Shown one piece after another: positions 1-8,793 of a DNA stretch of 64,000 nucleotides; the first letter of the stretch is position 1, and every line of letters begins with the position of its first letter. The notes under the pieces were generated by a model, which made no database searches, was not told where the DNA came from, and saw nothing but the letters and a program-made list of their open reading frames with translations. The DNA lies in assembly GCA_965215195.1 (NCBI GenBank), contig CBDCDC010000002.1, positions 320,001 to 384,000 of the forward strand, given 5' to 3'. The translations under genes were made by a program, and so were the position numbers. Source of the stretch: Candidatus Latescibacterota bacterium. Its GTDB lineage: Bacteria; Latescibacterota; UBA2968; UBA8231.

Positions 1-1460
1 ATGGACAGGCGGTCGGCCTCGGCCTCGGGGGTGGCGTCTCCGGCCACCACGTCTTGGCCGAGTTCGCCGGTCTGGCTGTCGAAAACTTTAGCGAAAAAAG
101 TGGTGCCATAGACGGTCACCATGGCCTCGAAGCGGATGCGCAAAAGCTGGCCCGACTCGGTCACGCGGTCGTCGGTCAATTGGATGGCCAGCCTGCTCTC
201 GTCTTGCGCGTCCTCTTCGCTAAAGGACACGGGCGCTCCGTCTAGCTCGACGCTGTTGACCACCGCCTTAAAGGGCGTGCGAATCTCCACGCGGTCGAAT
301 CCGTCGTTGGCCGGGCCGAAAGTCGAGCGAATGTAGTAGGAGAAGGTGTTGCTCTCGCCGAGGGGGACCGTCGCCGGCGTGACTTCGGCCGTCAGCTCTT
401 CGGCCAGCGTCGGGACCGAATAGTCAAAGGAGAGCGAATCGACAAGGGCCGACTGGCGCGCGTCCTCGGACGAGAACAACAGGCGGAACTGGACGTAGCG
501 GCGGTTGCCCGGGGATAGAAGATCGCCAAAGAAATCCTCATAAGGGGCCGACCAAGGGCTCCACTCGTCGATGTTGTCGATAATCGCGCCCTTGTTGGAC
601 GAGGTCAGATCGTCGTACTCTTCGGCCGCCTCGGGCGAGCCGATCGGCAAGATGGGCTCTTCCTGCCGGTCCTCGCCCTCAAAGACCTCGGTTTTGCGAT
701 AGTAAATTTTGGGGTCGGGCACCGTGCCCGTGCGCGTCTGCAATACCACGTTGGTCAAGGGGTCGAAGCGGGTCTGCAAGCGAAGTTGGCCGAAGTTGGC
801 CGCCTCGCCGAGGTCAATGACTTGGGACAGATAGCTGCCGGTGGGCGCGAAGCCATCGCCAAAGACCTCGACTTCCTCGATGATGAACTCTTGGCCCGAG
901 CGGCTAATTAGGCGGATGAAGCGCACGAACTGGAGGGGGATGTGCGCGTCGATATTCGATTCGCTCTGTTCGAGGTTTGCGCTGACTTGGTTGATGAAGG
1001 CGATCGGCCGGTCCTCGCGCAGTTGCGCGGGGTCGCCGTCGTGAACAAAAAGCTCATAGGCGCGGAGGAAGATGTCGGGGTTGCCCTGAAAGCGAATGCG
1101 GTTGATCGGCAGGATCGCGCCCAAGTCGATGAACATGGAGGTGCCGTCGGGGCGTCGCTCGCGGGTGACGCGCCAGAAGGTCTCGGCATTGCCGTCGGTG
1201 AGCAGGCCGGTCAGATCCTCGCGCGACTGTGGCGAGGAGATGTTGCCACCCCGCCGCTTCAGAGTGAGGATTTCGACGGCATTGGTGGTCGAGTCCACCA
1301 CGGCCGGGAGCAGGCCGGAAGCGGCGGTGGTGAGTCCGGTCAACTCGCCGACGTCGTCCCAGGCAAAGCCAGAGCCTCCCGCGGTCCACACTTCTACGGC
1401 ACCGGCCGCCCTAGCGCCCAACGCAATGCAGATCAACAACTTAAATCGCCATTTGAACAT
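1..1460 (-). CDS. Secreted protein, paralog of the FlgD-Ig-domain protein at 8794-11130; runs off the left edge
   Basis: Minus-strand frame starts at ATG 1460 (MFKWRFKLLICIALGARAAGAVEVW, signal-peptide-like). It contains ...EEVEVFGDGFAP...SQVIDLG...QTRTG...SPWS.PY...SPGNRRYVQF...AEVTP...NTFSYYIR, collinear with motifs in 8794-11130. Confidence 0.75.
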   Translation of the reverse strand, partial: MFKWRFKLLICIALGARAAGAVEVWTAGGSGFAWDDVGELTGLTTAASGLLPAVVDSTTNAVEILTLKRRGGNISSPQSREDLTGLLTDGNAETFWRVTRERRPDGTSMFIDLGAILPINRIRFQGNPDIFLRAYELFVHDGDPAQLREDRPIAFINQVSANLEQSESNIDAHIPLQFVRFIRLISRSGQEFIIEEVEVFGDGFAPTGSYLSQVIDLGEAANFGQLRLQTRFDPLTNVVLQTRTGTVPDPKIYYRKTEVFEGEDRQEEPILPIGSPEAAEEYDDLTSSNKGAIIDNIDEWSPWSAPYEDFFGDLLSPGNRRYVQFRLLFSSEDARQSALVDSLSFDYSVPTLAEELTAEVTPATVPLGESNTFSYYIRSTFGPANDGFDRVEIRTPFKAVVNSVELDGAPVSFSEEDAQDESRLAIQLTDDRVTESGQLLRIRFEAMVTVYGTTFFAKVFDSQTGELGQDVVAGDATPEAEADRLS

Positions 1461-1561
1461 AGCGCGTGTCGCCTCTCGCCCCCATAGACAAAATAAGGGG
1501 AGGGGAATCCATTCCCCCTCCCCTCGTGAACGTACTTAAGACGAAGACTGCGAAAGTCGGT

Positions 1562-2479
1562 TTAGAGATCTTCGCCTACCAGCGACTTGATTTGGCCCCA
1601 AGAGCTTCCCTCAATCGCTGTGTCTGTGTCCACCTCTTCAATCGCCGTCAGGAAAATGTCGGGCATGCCGCCGCTGTTCATAAACTGCTCGGCCATGCTG
1701 TACTGGGCCTGCCAGAAGAAACCGTTCTCGCAGCACTCCTCCGAGAGCGGATCGTTGCCGTTGGCGTTGAGCCCTTCGTCGGCGTCGTCAACCGAGATCG
1801 ACATGCCAATGGTCTGCTCGGCCGCGAGCGTCCACACCGTGCTGGCGTCTGGGCCGCCGCTGATCGAGATCGGGTCCATGAGCTCGGCGCTGAACTCGTA
1901 GTAGTACTCTTGGCCTTGGTTGACGTGACCGGCCTCCACGAAGTCCGTGTGGGTCCACCAGAAGTTCAGGGCGTCCTGCTCGAAATTGGCCAATGCGCCG
2001 TTGTACATCTGGACGCGCGAAAACTGTTCGGAGAAGCTCAGGCACATCTGGTAGGCCGGCTGCAAGTCTTGGTCGTTGGGTGCCGAGTACGGGCCGCCGC
2101 CTTGATTGTCGGGATCGAAATGCACTTCGCAATTGTCGTCGCGGAAAGTGCAGGCGGGGTTCTTATCGACGATCAGGAAGTCGTCGTGGACGTGAATCAT
2201 GGCGTGAACGCGGTTGTTGGCATCGCTCCAGCCAATGATGAGGTCGATAAACAGGTCATCAGCGTCGTCGGCGCCGCCGGTCAGCGGATTCATGTCTTCA
2301 ATGGTGACCTCAAAGCTGCGATCGACCCAAGCCCAGTCGGCGTTGTCGCCATCGATGGTGGGCAGGGCGTTGCCGGGGATACCCACGGCGAAAAAGAGCG
2401 GTACTTCAGCCGGCTCCTGCGCGAAAGCAGCACCAGCGACGAGCAAAACGCCTAGAGTCAAAGCTAGGACTTTGCGCAT
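1562..2479 (-). CDS. Secreted acidic protein with CBM9/DOMON-like sugar-binding fold and C-terminal TAIEGSSWGQIK motif
   Basis: GAGGAGG RBS before ATG 2479; signal peptide MRKVLALTLGVLLVAGAAFA; PTIDG...DW, DDNCEVHFDPDN, YEFS, IGMSISVDDAD motifs typical of CBM9-like domains. Confidence 0.65.
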   Translation of the reverse strand: MRKVLALTLGVLLVAGAAFAQEPAEVPLFFAVGIPGNALPTIDGDNADWAWVDRSFEVTIEDMNPLTGGADDADDLFIDLIIGWSDANNRVHAMIHVHDDFLIVDKNPACTFRDDNCEVHFDPDNQGGGPYSAPNDQDLQPAYQMCLSFSEQFSRVQMYNGALANFEQDALNFWWTHTDFVEAGHVNQGQEYYYEFSAELMDPISISGGPDASTVWTLAAEQTIGMSISVDDADEGLNANGNDPLSEECCENGFFWQAQYSMAEQFMNSGGMPDIFLTAIEEVDTDTAIEGSSWGQIKSLVGEDL

Positions 2480-2514
2480 TGTTAAATCCTCCTCGATAGT
2501 TATTATATTGATAA
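2405..2514. repeat. Left arm of 110-bp inverted repeat (RBS, start and signal-peptide codons of the 1562-2479 gene)
   Basis: Reverse complement matches 4445-4554 at 106/110 by manual alignment. Confidence 0.9.
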
Positions 2515-2516
2515 AT

Positions 2517-2551
2517 AAAAAAAGGTCCGCCACAGGGCTTTAGCGGGCGGA
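2517..2551 (-). terminator. Intrinsic-terminator-like hairpin in the 5' leader of the 1562-2479 gene
   Basis: Minus strand reads TCCGCC...GGCGGA then CC and a 7-T run, about 40 nt upstream of the ATG. Confidence 0.45.
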
Positions 2552-2639
2552 ATTGCGAGGTTGCTCAAAGGTGTAGCGGTTGGTACTTCGTGCCTCCTTT
2601 CCTCGGGGATTTTTAGGGTCATTTTTCTCATAATAGTCG

Positions 2640-2671
2640 GGTAAACAAATAAATATGAGCTTGCTTGTCAA
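2640..2671 (-). promoter_or_regulatory. Possible sigma70-type promoter for the 1562-2479 gene
   Basis: Perfect TTGACA at 2671-2666 in an AT-rich tract; the -10 element is not canonical. Confidence 0.3.
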
Positions 2672-3002
2672 GATTTTTTAGCAATGGTCTTTAATACACG
2701 CCAGTAATCGCCGTAACGGGCTGCTACCAACCCTGCGCCGCGCAACAAGTTCACCGGCACCTTGGAACAGCCGACCACGAGAGCAGTAGGATTAATGCCC
2801 ATGCCTTCTTGTGAAGATAGTGTAGAAGCAGGGCTTTCTTTTTTGGAAAAAGCCCGTTGTGTCGCTGAACTCTACACGCCGGCTGCCGTTTCCTTCGCGG
2901 CAATCAAGTGTACGCTGCCGCGGCGTCCTGTGTCGGTAGTGCCTCGAGCGTTTTGCCATTAGGTCAAGCTCCCTAGCTCTTAGTCGTCTCCCAACTGGCG
3001 GG

Positions 3003-4070
3003 CTACTGCGTCCTTGTTGGGCGGGTGATCTCGGTCGGGACAAAGGGAACGTGCAACAAGGCGGCGGCTTGCTGTTGGGCGTCCTCGCCTCGGCGGTCAT
3101 AGCGGGTGGTCGTCGTGGGGCTAGCATGGCCTGCGTTGCGCTGCACAACGGCCAAGTCCGCCCCTGCTGCCAGCATCTCGCTAACGTAGGTGCGCCGTAG
3201 ATCGTGCGGGCTGCACTCTTTGATGTTGGCCTGTTTGCAGCGGGCTTTGAGGCGGTTCATCAAAGCCTGTGACGTCATCGACGAACCAGCGGCAATCGTG
3301 CCGCCCTTGGTAACCGGGCATAGGATGGGGCCTGGCATACAGCCGCGTAGCTTCAGCCATGCGGCAAGCGCGGCTTGGCCGCCGCTAGTAAAAAAAACCT
3401 TCCGCTCCTTGTTGCCTTTGCCGATAACTCGCAACGCGCCCGAATCGGCGTCGTACTCGGCTACAGTCACGGCTACCGCTTCGGAACGGCGCAAGCCAGC
3501 CCCGAACATCAGGGCAAAAGCGGCCGCGTCTCGCGCACCCCCGGTCAAACCGTCGGCACATGCGGCGAACAAGGCGCGAAGCTCCTCCGGCAAAAGAGCG
3601 CGGCCGGCGGGCAATCTTGCGCCCTTAACGTTGGGCACGTCGGCGGCGCGGATGTAAGTGTCAGTGTCAAGCAAGCCCAAACGCCAAGCGGCCTTAAGTA
3701 CACCCCGAACCGCTGATAACATCTTGTTGACCGAATTGGGCGCGTACTCGGCGGCCAACATGGAGCGTAGCGCGGCAAGGTGTTCGTAGTGCATGGCGGC
3801 CCAAGGCCACGTTTCGCGGGTAGCTTCCATGCCCAACTGTGCGCTTAATCGCCGTGCTACGGTGTCGAGGGCAGATGCCATACCAACTCGGCTGGGGCCT
3901 TCCGAAAGAGACGCCAAGTAAATTTGAACCGGGCGGGGGTCGGCGGGCGTTGAGGGTAAGGTCTTCGTCGAGCTTAGCGGAGAAGTATCCAGCGCGGCGT
4001 CGAGGGCGAGGGCTAAAGCGGTCACTAGTCGTTCTCCTGTGGTGGTGTAGATGAAAGCCTCGGCTAGCAC
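3003..4070 (-). CDS. Tyrosine recombinase/integrase
   Basis: Catalytic residues all present: GLRRSE (R), GKGNK (K), HDLRR (H,R), AGH (H), TTRY (Y). Start codon uncertain. Confidence 0.92.
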   Translation of the reverse strand: MLAEAFIYTTTGERLVTALALALDAALDTSPLSSTKTLPSTPADPRPVQIYLASLSEGPSRVGMASALDTVARRLSAQLGMEATRETWPWAAMHYEHLAALRSMLAAEYAPNSVNKMLSAVRGVLKAAWRLGLLDTDTYIRAADVPNVKGARLPAGRALLPEELRALFAACADGLTGGARDAAAFALMFGAGLRRSEAVAVTVAEYDADSGALRVIGKGNKERKVFFTSGGQAALAAWLKLRGCMPGPILCPVTKGGTIAAGSSMTSQALMNRLKARCKQANIKECSPHDLRRTYVSEMLAAGADLAVVQRNAGHASPTTTTRYDRRGEDAQQQAAALLHVPFVPTEITRPTRTQ

Positions 4071-4444
4071 TTCGACAAGCTCAGTGCCAGCCGGGGCGGT
4101 GGAGCGATTAATTTTGCACCTTCAGCAGGATAGTCCTCAACAAGCCCACCATGCCGAATTGAATGCCGACGAGCCAACGGAAGGCTGCTGCATGATCGTT
4201 TCTCCTGAGTGGATGGGCCGGGGCGAGAGACAAAGCTCCGGCCGTGGTGGCTATTCGAGAAAAGCGCGTCCACGGTGCCGGCTAGCCGGGAGGCGTCGGC
4301 GTACCGGTTGGCCCTAGCTGCCACGCCTGCCGCATCCCTTCCGAAGCGTAGCGTTGACTCGGAGGCTATCGGCGATTCTCGGTGCGGCAACACTCGCGGG
4401 GCTTTTTTGTGCTGCCCTCTCCAGCGCAATCAACGTTCTGATAA

Positions 4445-4554
4445 TTATCAATATAATAACTATCGAGGAGGATTTAACAACGCGCAAAGTCCTAGCTTTG
4501 ACTCTAGGCGCGTAGCTCGTCGCTGGTGCTGCTTTCGCGCAGGAGCCGGCTGAA
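4445..4554. repeat. Right arm of 110-bp inverted repeat; silenced copy (ATG>ACG, in-frame TAG)
   Basis: TTATCAATATAATAACTATCGAGGAGGATTTAACAACGCGCAAAGTCC...GGAGCCGGCTGAA; begins within the palindrome TGATAATTATCA (4439-4450). Confidence 0.9.
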
Positions 4555-4586
4555 CCATGGGTTAAATAACTCTAGGAGCAAACGCG

Positions 4587-5051
4587 ATGGATTTAATATG
4601 GAAGTACTTACTTGCTGGACGAGTTTTCGCAGTCTGGATAAGTGTGTTATTTGTGTTGTCGATACTTGTTCTCTCAAACGGTTGTACTCCCGAGGAGAAT
4701 GTAGTTCTACCGGGGTCGTCGGCATATCGGCTGGAGTTCAGTTCGATGGATACGATGCGATTCAGTACAGGCGGTGAGGAGGACTGGGTCATCGCCGATA
4801 TTCGCTCGGCTATACGAGACCAAGCTGGCGATTTTGTCTTCGTTGATTACAACAGAAGGGAGGTATGGAAGACAGACCAATCTGGGGTTCGAATTGGCCC
4901 TATTGGAAGGAATGGAGGTGGTCCGAAAGAATATAGGAAGCCACTTTGTATCTCTATAGATCCCGAGGGCAACTACGGTATTTTCGACCGGCATGGTGAT
5001 CGACCTCAGGTTTACAGTCCTGACAATGAACACTTGAAGACGATCCCCTAA
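4587..5051 (+). pseudogene. 6-bladed beta-propeller lipoprotein-like gene truncated by IS4-family insertion
   Basis: AGGAG RBS, hydrophobic stretch plus LSNGC lipobox-like motif, IGRNGGGPKEY propeller motif. The stop TAA is supplied by the IS end at 5048. Confidence 0.6.
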
Positions 5052-6112
5052 GTACACGACAGTAAAATGGGTTCATATTGTCGGTTGATTTTAGGTTGGT
5101 CTCGTGCTTGGTGTATGATCTGTGTGAGTTGGTCTACTCCTCGTCGAAAGAGGCTTATAGCTCTTCGTCCATGTTTTTTTATTGGGATGGGTTTTCTTTG
5201 ATGGAGTTGCTGTCCTACTAGCAGGGCCCACAGCAGCGTCCATGCCAGCAGTCCCAGCAGTAACTGTATGCGTTGAGGATGGGTCATGTGGGTATCTTCG
5301 AGATGAAATCCTCTCGATTTCAAACAAGCAAACGTCGTCTCAATCGCCCAGCGCTGTCCATAGAGCGCCAGTACCTGTTGGAGGTCGGTTCGGTTGGTAA
5401 TCAGCAGGATGCGTTCGCCGCGGGCGGGGCGGTGGCACACCAGATTCAGCGTCAGGCCGCTATAGAGGGTCGTCTGTGGATAGTATCGGGTGGAGCCTCG
5501 GGGCATCCGTTCATTAAAGGTGGCCGCATAGCGCCGCCGACCATCGTCGAGCGTAAGCGAGGTATGGCCGCTCAGGCGGATGACAAAATCGACCGGCTGC
5601 TCCAACAAAAAGGCAAACCACTCTCGACCGATAAACTCGCGGTCGGCGACTAAACAACAGACGCTGGCATCCAGATAGGTCCATACTTGGGTCAGCAGGT
5701 GTTTCCGTGCGTCGGTATGGGAGTTGCCCGGCTTTTGTAACGACTGATAGGCCAACGGAATAGACACCCCTTGGTAGACTAAGCCGACACATAACAGATT
5801 CAGATCGGTGCGACCCAACTGCCAATGGGTTCGATCCATGACCAATACCTGGGGCTGGCCGGGGCCCACGAGCTTGGAGACGATCAACTCGGTAAACACC
5901 GCCGGGGAGAATGCGCTGCTGAAAAAACGCTGGAGGCGGCGATAGTGACTATCTATTTGCGCCATGCCGGGCAGACTACACGCCAGTTTTCTCAGATTGA
6001 CCGAACGCACTTGCATCAGCGCACACACCAAGCCACTAATCAGGTCAATACGGTGGCGCGTGAGGGATACGGACCCTTGCATGAGGGCTTGCTTTAGCCT
6101 ATGAATAAGCAT
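5048..6112 (-). mobile_element. IS4-family DDE transposase (IS10-like group)
   Basis: VMDRTHW, VADREFIG, YGQRWAIETTFACLKSRGF (Y-2-R-3-E-6-K signature), C-terminal LLSCT. The upstream end is not found and is probably removed by the adjacent IS5. Confidence 0.9.
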
Positions 6113-6165
6113 GGTACAGTTCCTGTATTTAAGATTTAGATGCAATCTGGACGATTACAAATAAA

Positions 6166-7323
6166 GGAACCTCTGATCAAGTCAGCTTTTGTAGCTAAAC
6201 AGAAGCATCGGAGTGTTATATTTACTTACGAATGGGAAAAGGGCACTCTTTCAGGGATGGTTTCTACCCGTTCCTCGTCCCGATCACAGATCGGGACGGA
6301 CTGCTCCCTACCTCGCGGCCAAGGCGCTACGCGCCAGATAGAAATTAGCCAGGGCAAACAAGGTAAAGACTTGGGCGGCGTTTTTGGCTAACCCTCGGTA
6401 GCGCACCTTGCGATAGCCCCACAGGTGTTTGATGACCCCAAAGGGATGTTCGACCCGGGCTCGGACGCGGTTGCTCTTTTGGTTAAACGAGTGATCGGCA
6501 CAGGTCAGTTTCCGGCTGCGGCTGGCTTTGCGAAGCACCCGCCACTCAATACCATCCGATTCGGCGGCGTCTTTGCGTTCGGCACTCGCATAGGCTTTGT
6601 CGCCATAGATCACCTGTTCTTCGCCGTGTAAACAGTCGTCCATCACTTCCGAATCATGCACCGAGGCTGGGGTCACCACGACGCTATGCACACGCCCCTG
6701 CCGATCACTGCCCACATGCGCTTTGAGGCCAAAATACCACGTCGTCCCTTTCTTCGTATGCGCCATCTCCGGGTCTCGTGCTTGGTCCCGGTTCTTCGTC
6801 GAAGCCGGCGCGTGAAGGATCGTCGCGTCCACCATCGTGCCTTCGCTGAGTAGCATACCCCGCTCCGACAAATACGGCGCGGTGCATCGAAACAGGGCTT
6901 CCGTCAAACGATGCTTTTCTAAGAAGTGGCGGAACTTGCAGATCGTCGTCTCATCCGGAATGCTATCCAACGTCACACCCGCAAAGCGGCGCATCGATTC
7001 GACATCATACAGACTGTCCTCCATCGCCGGATCACTCAAGCCATACCATTGCTGCATGAAATAGATGCGTACCATCACCTCGGCGGGGATCGGACGACGG
7101 CCCTTCCCCGGTTTGGGATACTTCCTCAGAATGGGTTGGAGCAGGTACTCCCACGGTAACAGGTCATTCATCTCCGACAGAAAGCGTTCTTTGCGGGTGG
7201 TTTTCTTCTTGTAAGTGTAGGCTTCATCGGAAAAACTGAGTTGAGGCATCGCAATATGTCTCCTTTTTCCTTATAGTATGGCCGCCCAAGGAAAAACTCG
7301 CAAGAGACTTAATCAGAGATTCC
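6166..7323 (-). mobile_element. IS5-family element with transposase at 6308-7249
   Basis: Terminal IRs GGAACCTCTGATCAAGTC (6166-6183) and rc of GACTTAATCAGAGATTCC (7306-7323), 16/18 identical. Confidence 0.9.
6308..7249 (-). CDS. IS5-family transposase
   Basis: YGLSDPAMED, PDETTICKFR, VDATI, YFGLKAH, GDKAY, RARVEHPF, RYRGLAKN motifs. Confidence 0.95.
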   Translation of the reverse strand: MPQLSFSDEAYTYKKKTTRKERFLSEMNDLLPWEYLLQPILRKYPKPGKGRRPIPAEVMVRIYFMQQWYGLSDPAMEDSLYDVESMRRFAGVTLDSIPDETTICKFRHFLEKHRLTEALFRCTAPYLSERGMLLSEGTMVDATILHAPASTKNRDQARDPEMAHTKKGTTWYFGLKAHVGSDRQGRVHSVVVTPASVHDSEVMDDCLHGEEQVIYGDKAYASAERKDAAESDGIEWRVLRKASRSRKLTCADHSFNQKSNRVRARVEHPFGVIKHLWGYRKVRYRGLAKNAAQVFTLFALANFYLARSALAAR

Positions 7324-7865
7324 CTGAATATAAAATCCATTTGAGCGAAGCCGAAGAAAAGCTTACTATGGCAACGATAAGAGGCGAGTTTGAGCATGGC
7401 CAACTCGCGGTTAACCATGTATTTGATCGCCAAAAAAGAAAAATAAGACTTGATGGTTTAATCGATAAAGATGGAGCGATCATCGTAATTGTGGAGCCAG
7501 GCTATTGTAGTTCCTGGTATGAGGAAACTTTGGGCTTCTGGAATGATGTGAAAGTGGATGCGGCGGATATCGAGATTAAGCCTGTCTTCGTAGCCATCAA
7601 CCCCCCCAAATTTTCCATGCGTGAACTGCAATTGTTCAGAAAAACATATCTCTCTAACAACGAAATATATACACTACCGCTGGCGAGTGCGCCAGACAGA
7701 ATCAAGCTCTTAACCAAACACAAAATCGCAAAAATCCTGATATTGTTTGTTGTCAATTATTCGTTCGTAGTTGAAGCATTTTCACTTAATAAATTTGATA
7801 AGCAAGATCACGAATCTTTCCTTGAAATGGTGGAGATGTATTTTCAGCTAAGTACACGACAGTAA
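7324..7865 (+). pseudogene. AT-rich gene fragment trapped between the IS5 end and an IS4 remnant
   Basis: The open frame 7278-7865 begins inside the IS5 end and terminates inside the IS4 end (LSTRQ*); composition matches the 4587 gene. Confidence 0.45.
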
Positions 7866-8026
7866 AATGGGTTCATATTGTCGGGCGTATTTAGGTTGCT
7901 CGCGTGCTTGGTGTATGATCTGGGTGAGTTGGTCTAATCCTCGTCGAAAGAGGCTTATGGCTCTGCGTCCATGTTTTTTTATGGGGCTGGGTTTTCTTTG
8001 ATGCACCTGCTGGCCGACCAGCAGGC
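7848..8026 (-). mobile_element. Diverged remnant of the 3' end of the IS4 element
   Basis: CTAAGTACACGACAGTAAAATGGGTTCATATTGTCGG... aligns with 5048-5226 with scattered substitutions. Confidence 0.85.
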
Positions 8027-8285
8027 CGTCGTGGCCGTGATGGGTTTTGCCATGGTGGGCAAGACCCTGTGGACTTTGCGCGGGGTTAAGTACGCGGGCG
8101 ACGACGGAGGGCTACCCGAGGGGCGCGGCGACCTCCTCATCCCCCTCGCCTTGGGCATCTGGGCGGTGAGCACGCTCGGCTTCGTGGTCTTGGTGTGGTA
8201 TTTGGTGCCGGAATTTCCCTGGTGGGTCAGCGCGTTCTTCGGCTTTGTGTGGACGCCGATTTACTCGAAGCTGTTTCAAAACTAG
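8027..8285 (+). pseudogene. 3' fragment of a small membrane protein
   Basis: ORF 7971-8285 has three hydrophobic segments, but its N-terminus is antisense IS4 sequence. Confidence 0.4.
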
Positions 8286-8681
8286 CGTCGGGTCGCATCA
8301 AGGATCGTCAAGTGCCTTCGCATGGAGCGTTTTTCATAGGGCGAGACGCTTTTGAGCCGACGCTTTTTCTTCACACAAGGAACCGAATCCGGAGTTTTGG
8401 GACCACTTCTCGTACATCGGGGGGCGCATGATCTGACCGGCTCGCCGCGGGCCTCCCTCTGGTCAAAGAGCAGCTACGCAAGGCGCGGCAACGGGCCGGA
8501 CTAGCTCCCCCAACTCGCGGGCCTCGCGCCGACGGGTCAACCTACGACCTCGCCGATTTTTTTAGTCCCCTTTTCTCCCCCAACAGACCACCACCAACAC
8601 AATCCTTGCCGTCCCGCGGGCGCGGATTACCATAAGGGACGCGGCAAGGGGCACGGACCAAAGTTACCACGCAGAGAGGCT

Positions 8682-8792
8682 CTGCGGTCCTGCCACTGAT
8701 TTTTTGCCTGCGAAGACAGAAATAGCCTGCTGCGTCCGCTCTTGGTCCTCATAGTCCTGCGGTCCTGCCACTGATTTTTTGCCTGCGAAGAC
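8682..8792. repeat. Two identical 36-bp direct repeats separated by 39 bp
   Basis: CTGCGGTCCTGCCACTGATTTTTTGCCTGCGAAGAC at 8682-8717 and 8757-8792. Confidence 0.85.
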
Positions 8793-8793
8793 C

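Noticed and set aside
1466-2455. 329-aa plus-strand ORF, and many similar long antisense ORFs (e.g. 16772-17644, 18602-19447, 30457-31383)
   Set aside because: Shadow frames opposite well-supported genes in high-GC DNA; no motifs.
4360-4415. Weak hairpin plus T-run upstream of the recombinase
   Set aside because: The stem is imperfect; cannot support a terminator or RNA motif.
8290-8510. Possible coding remnants (e.g. PEFWDHFSYIGG)
   Set aside because: Too short to assign to a family.
8682-8792. Calling a bona fide CRISPR array
   Set aside because: Only two repeats, no cas genes and no AT-rich leader; kept as a repeat and a low-interest finding.
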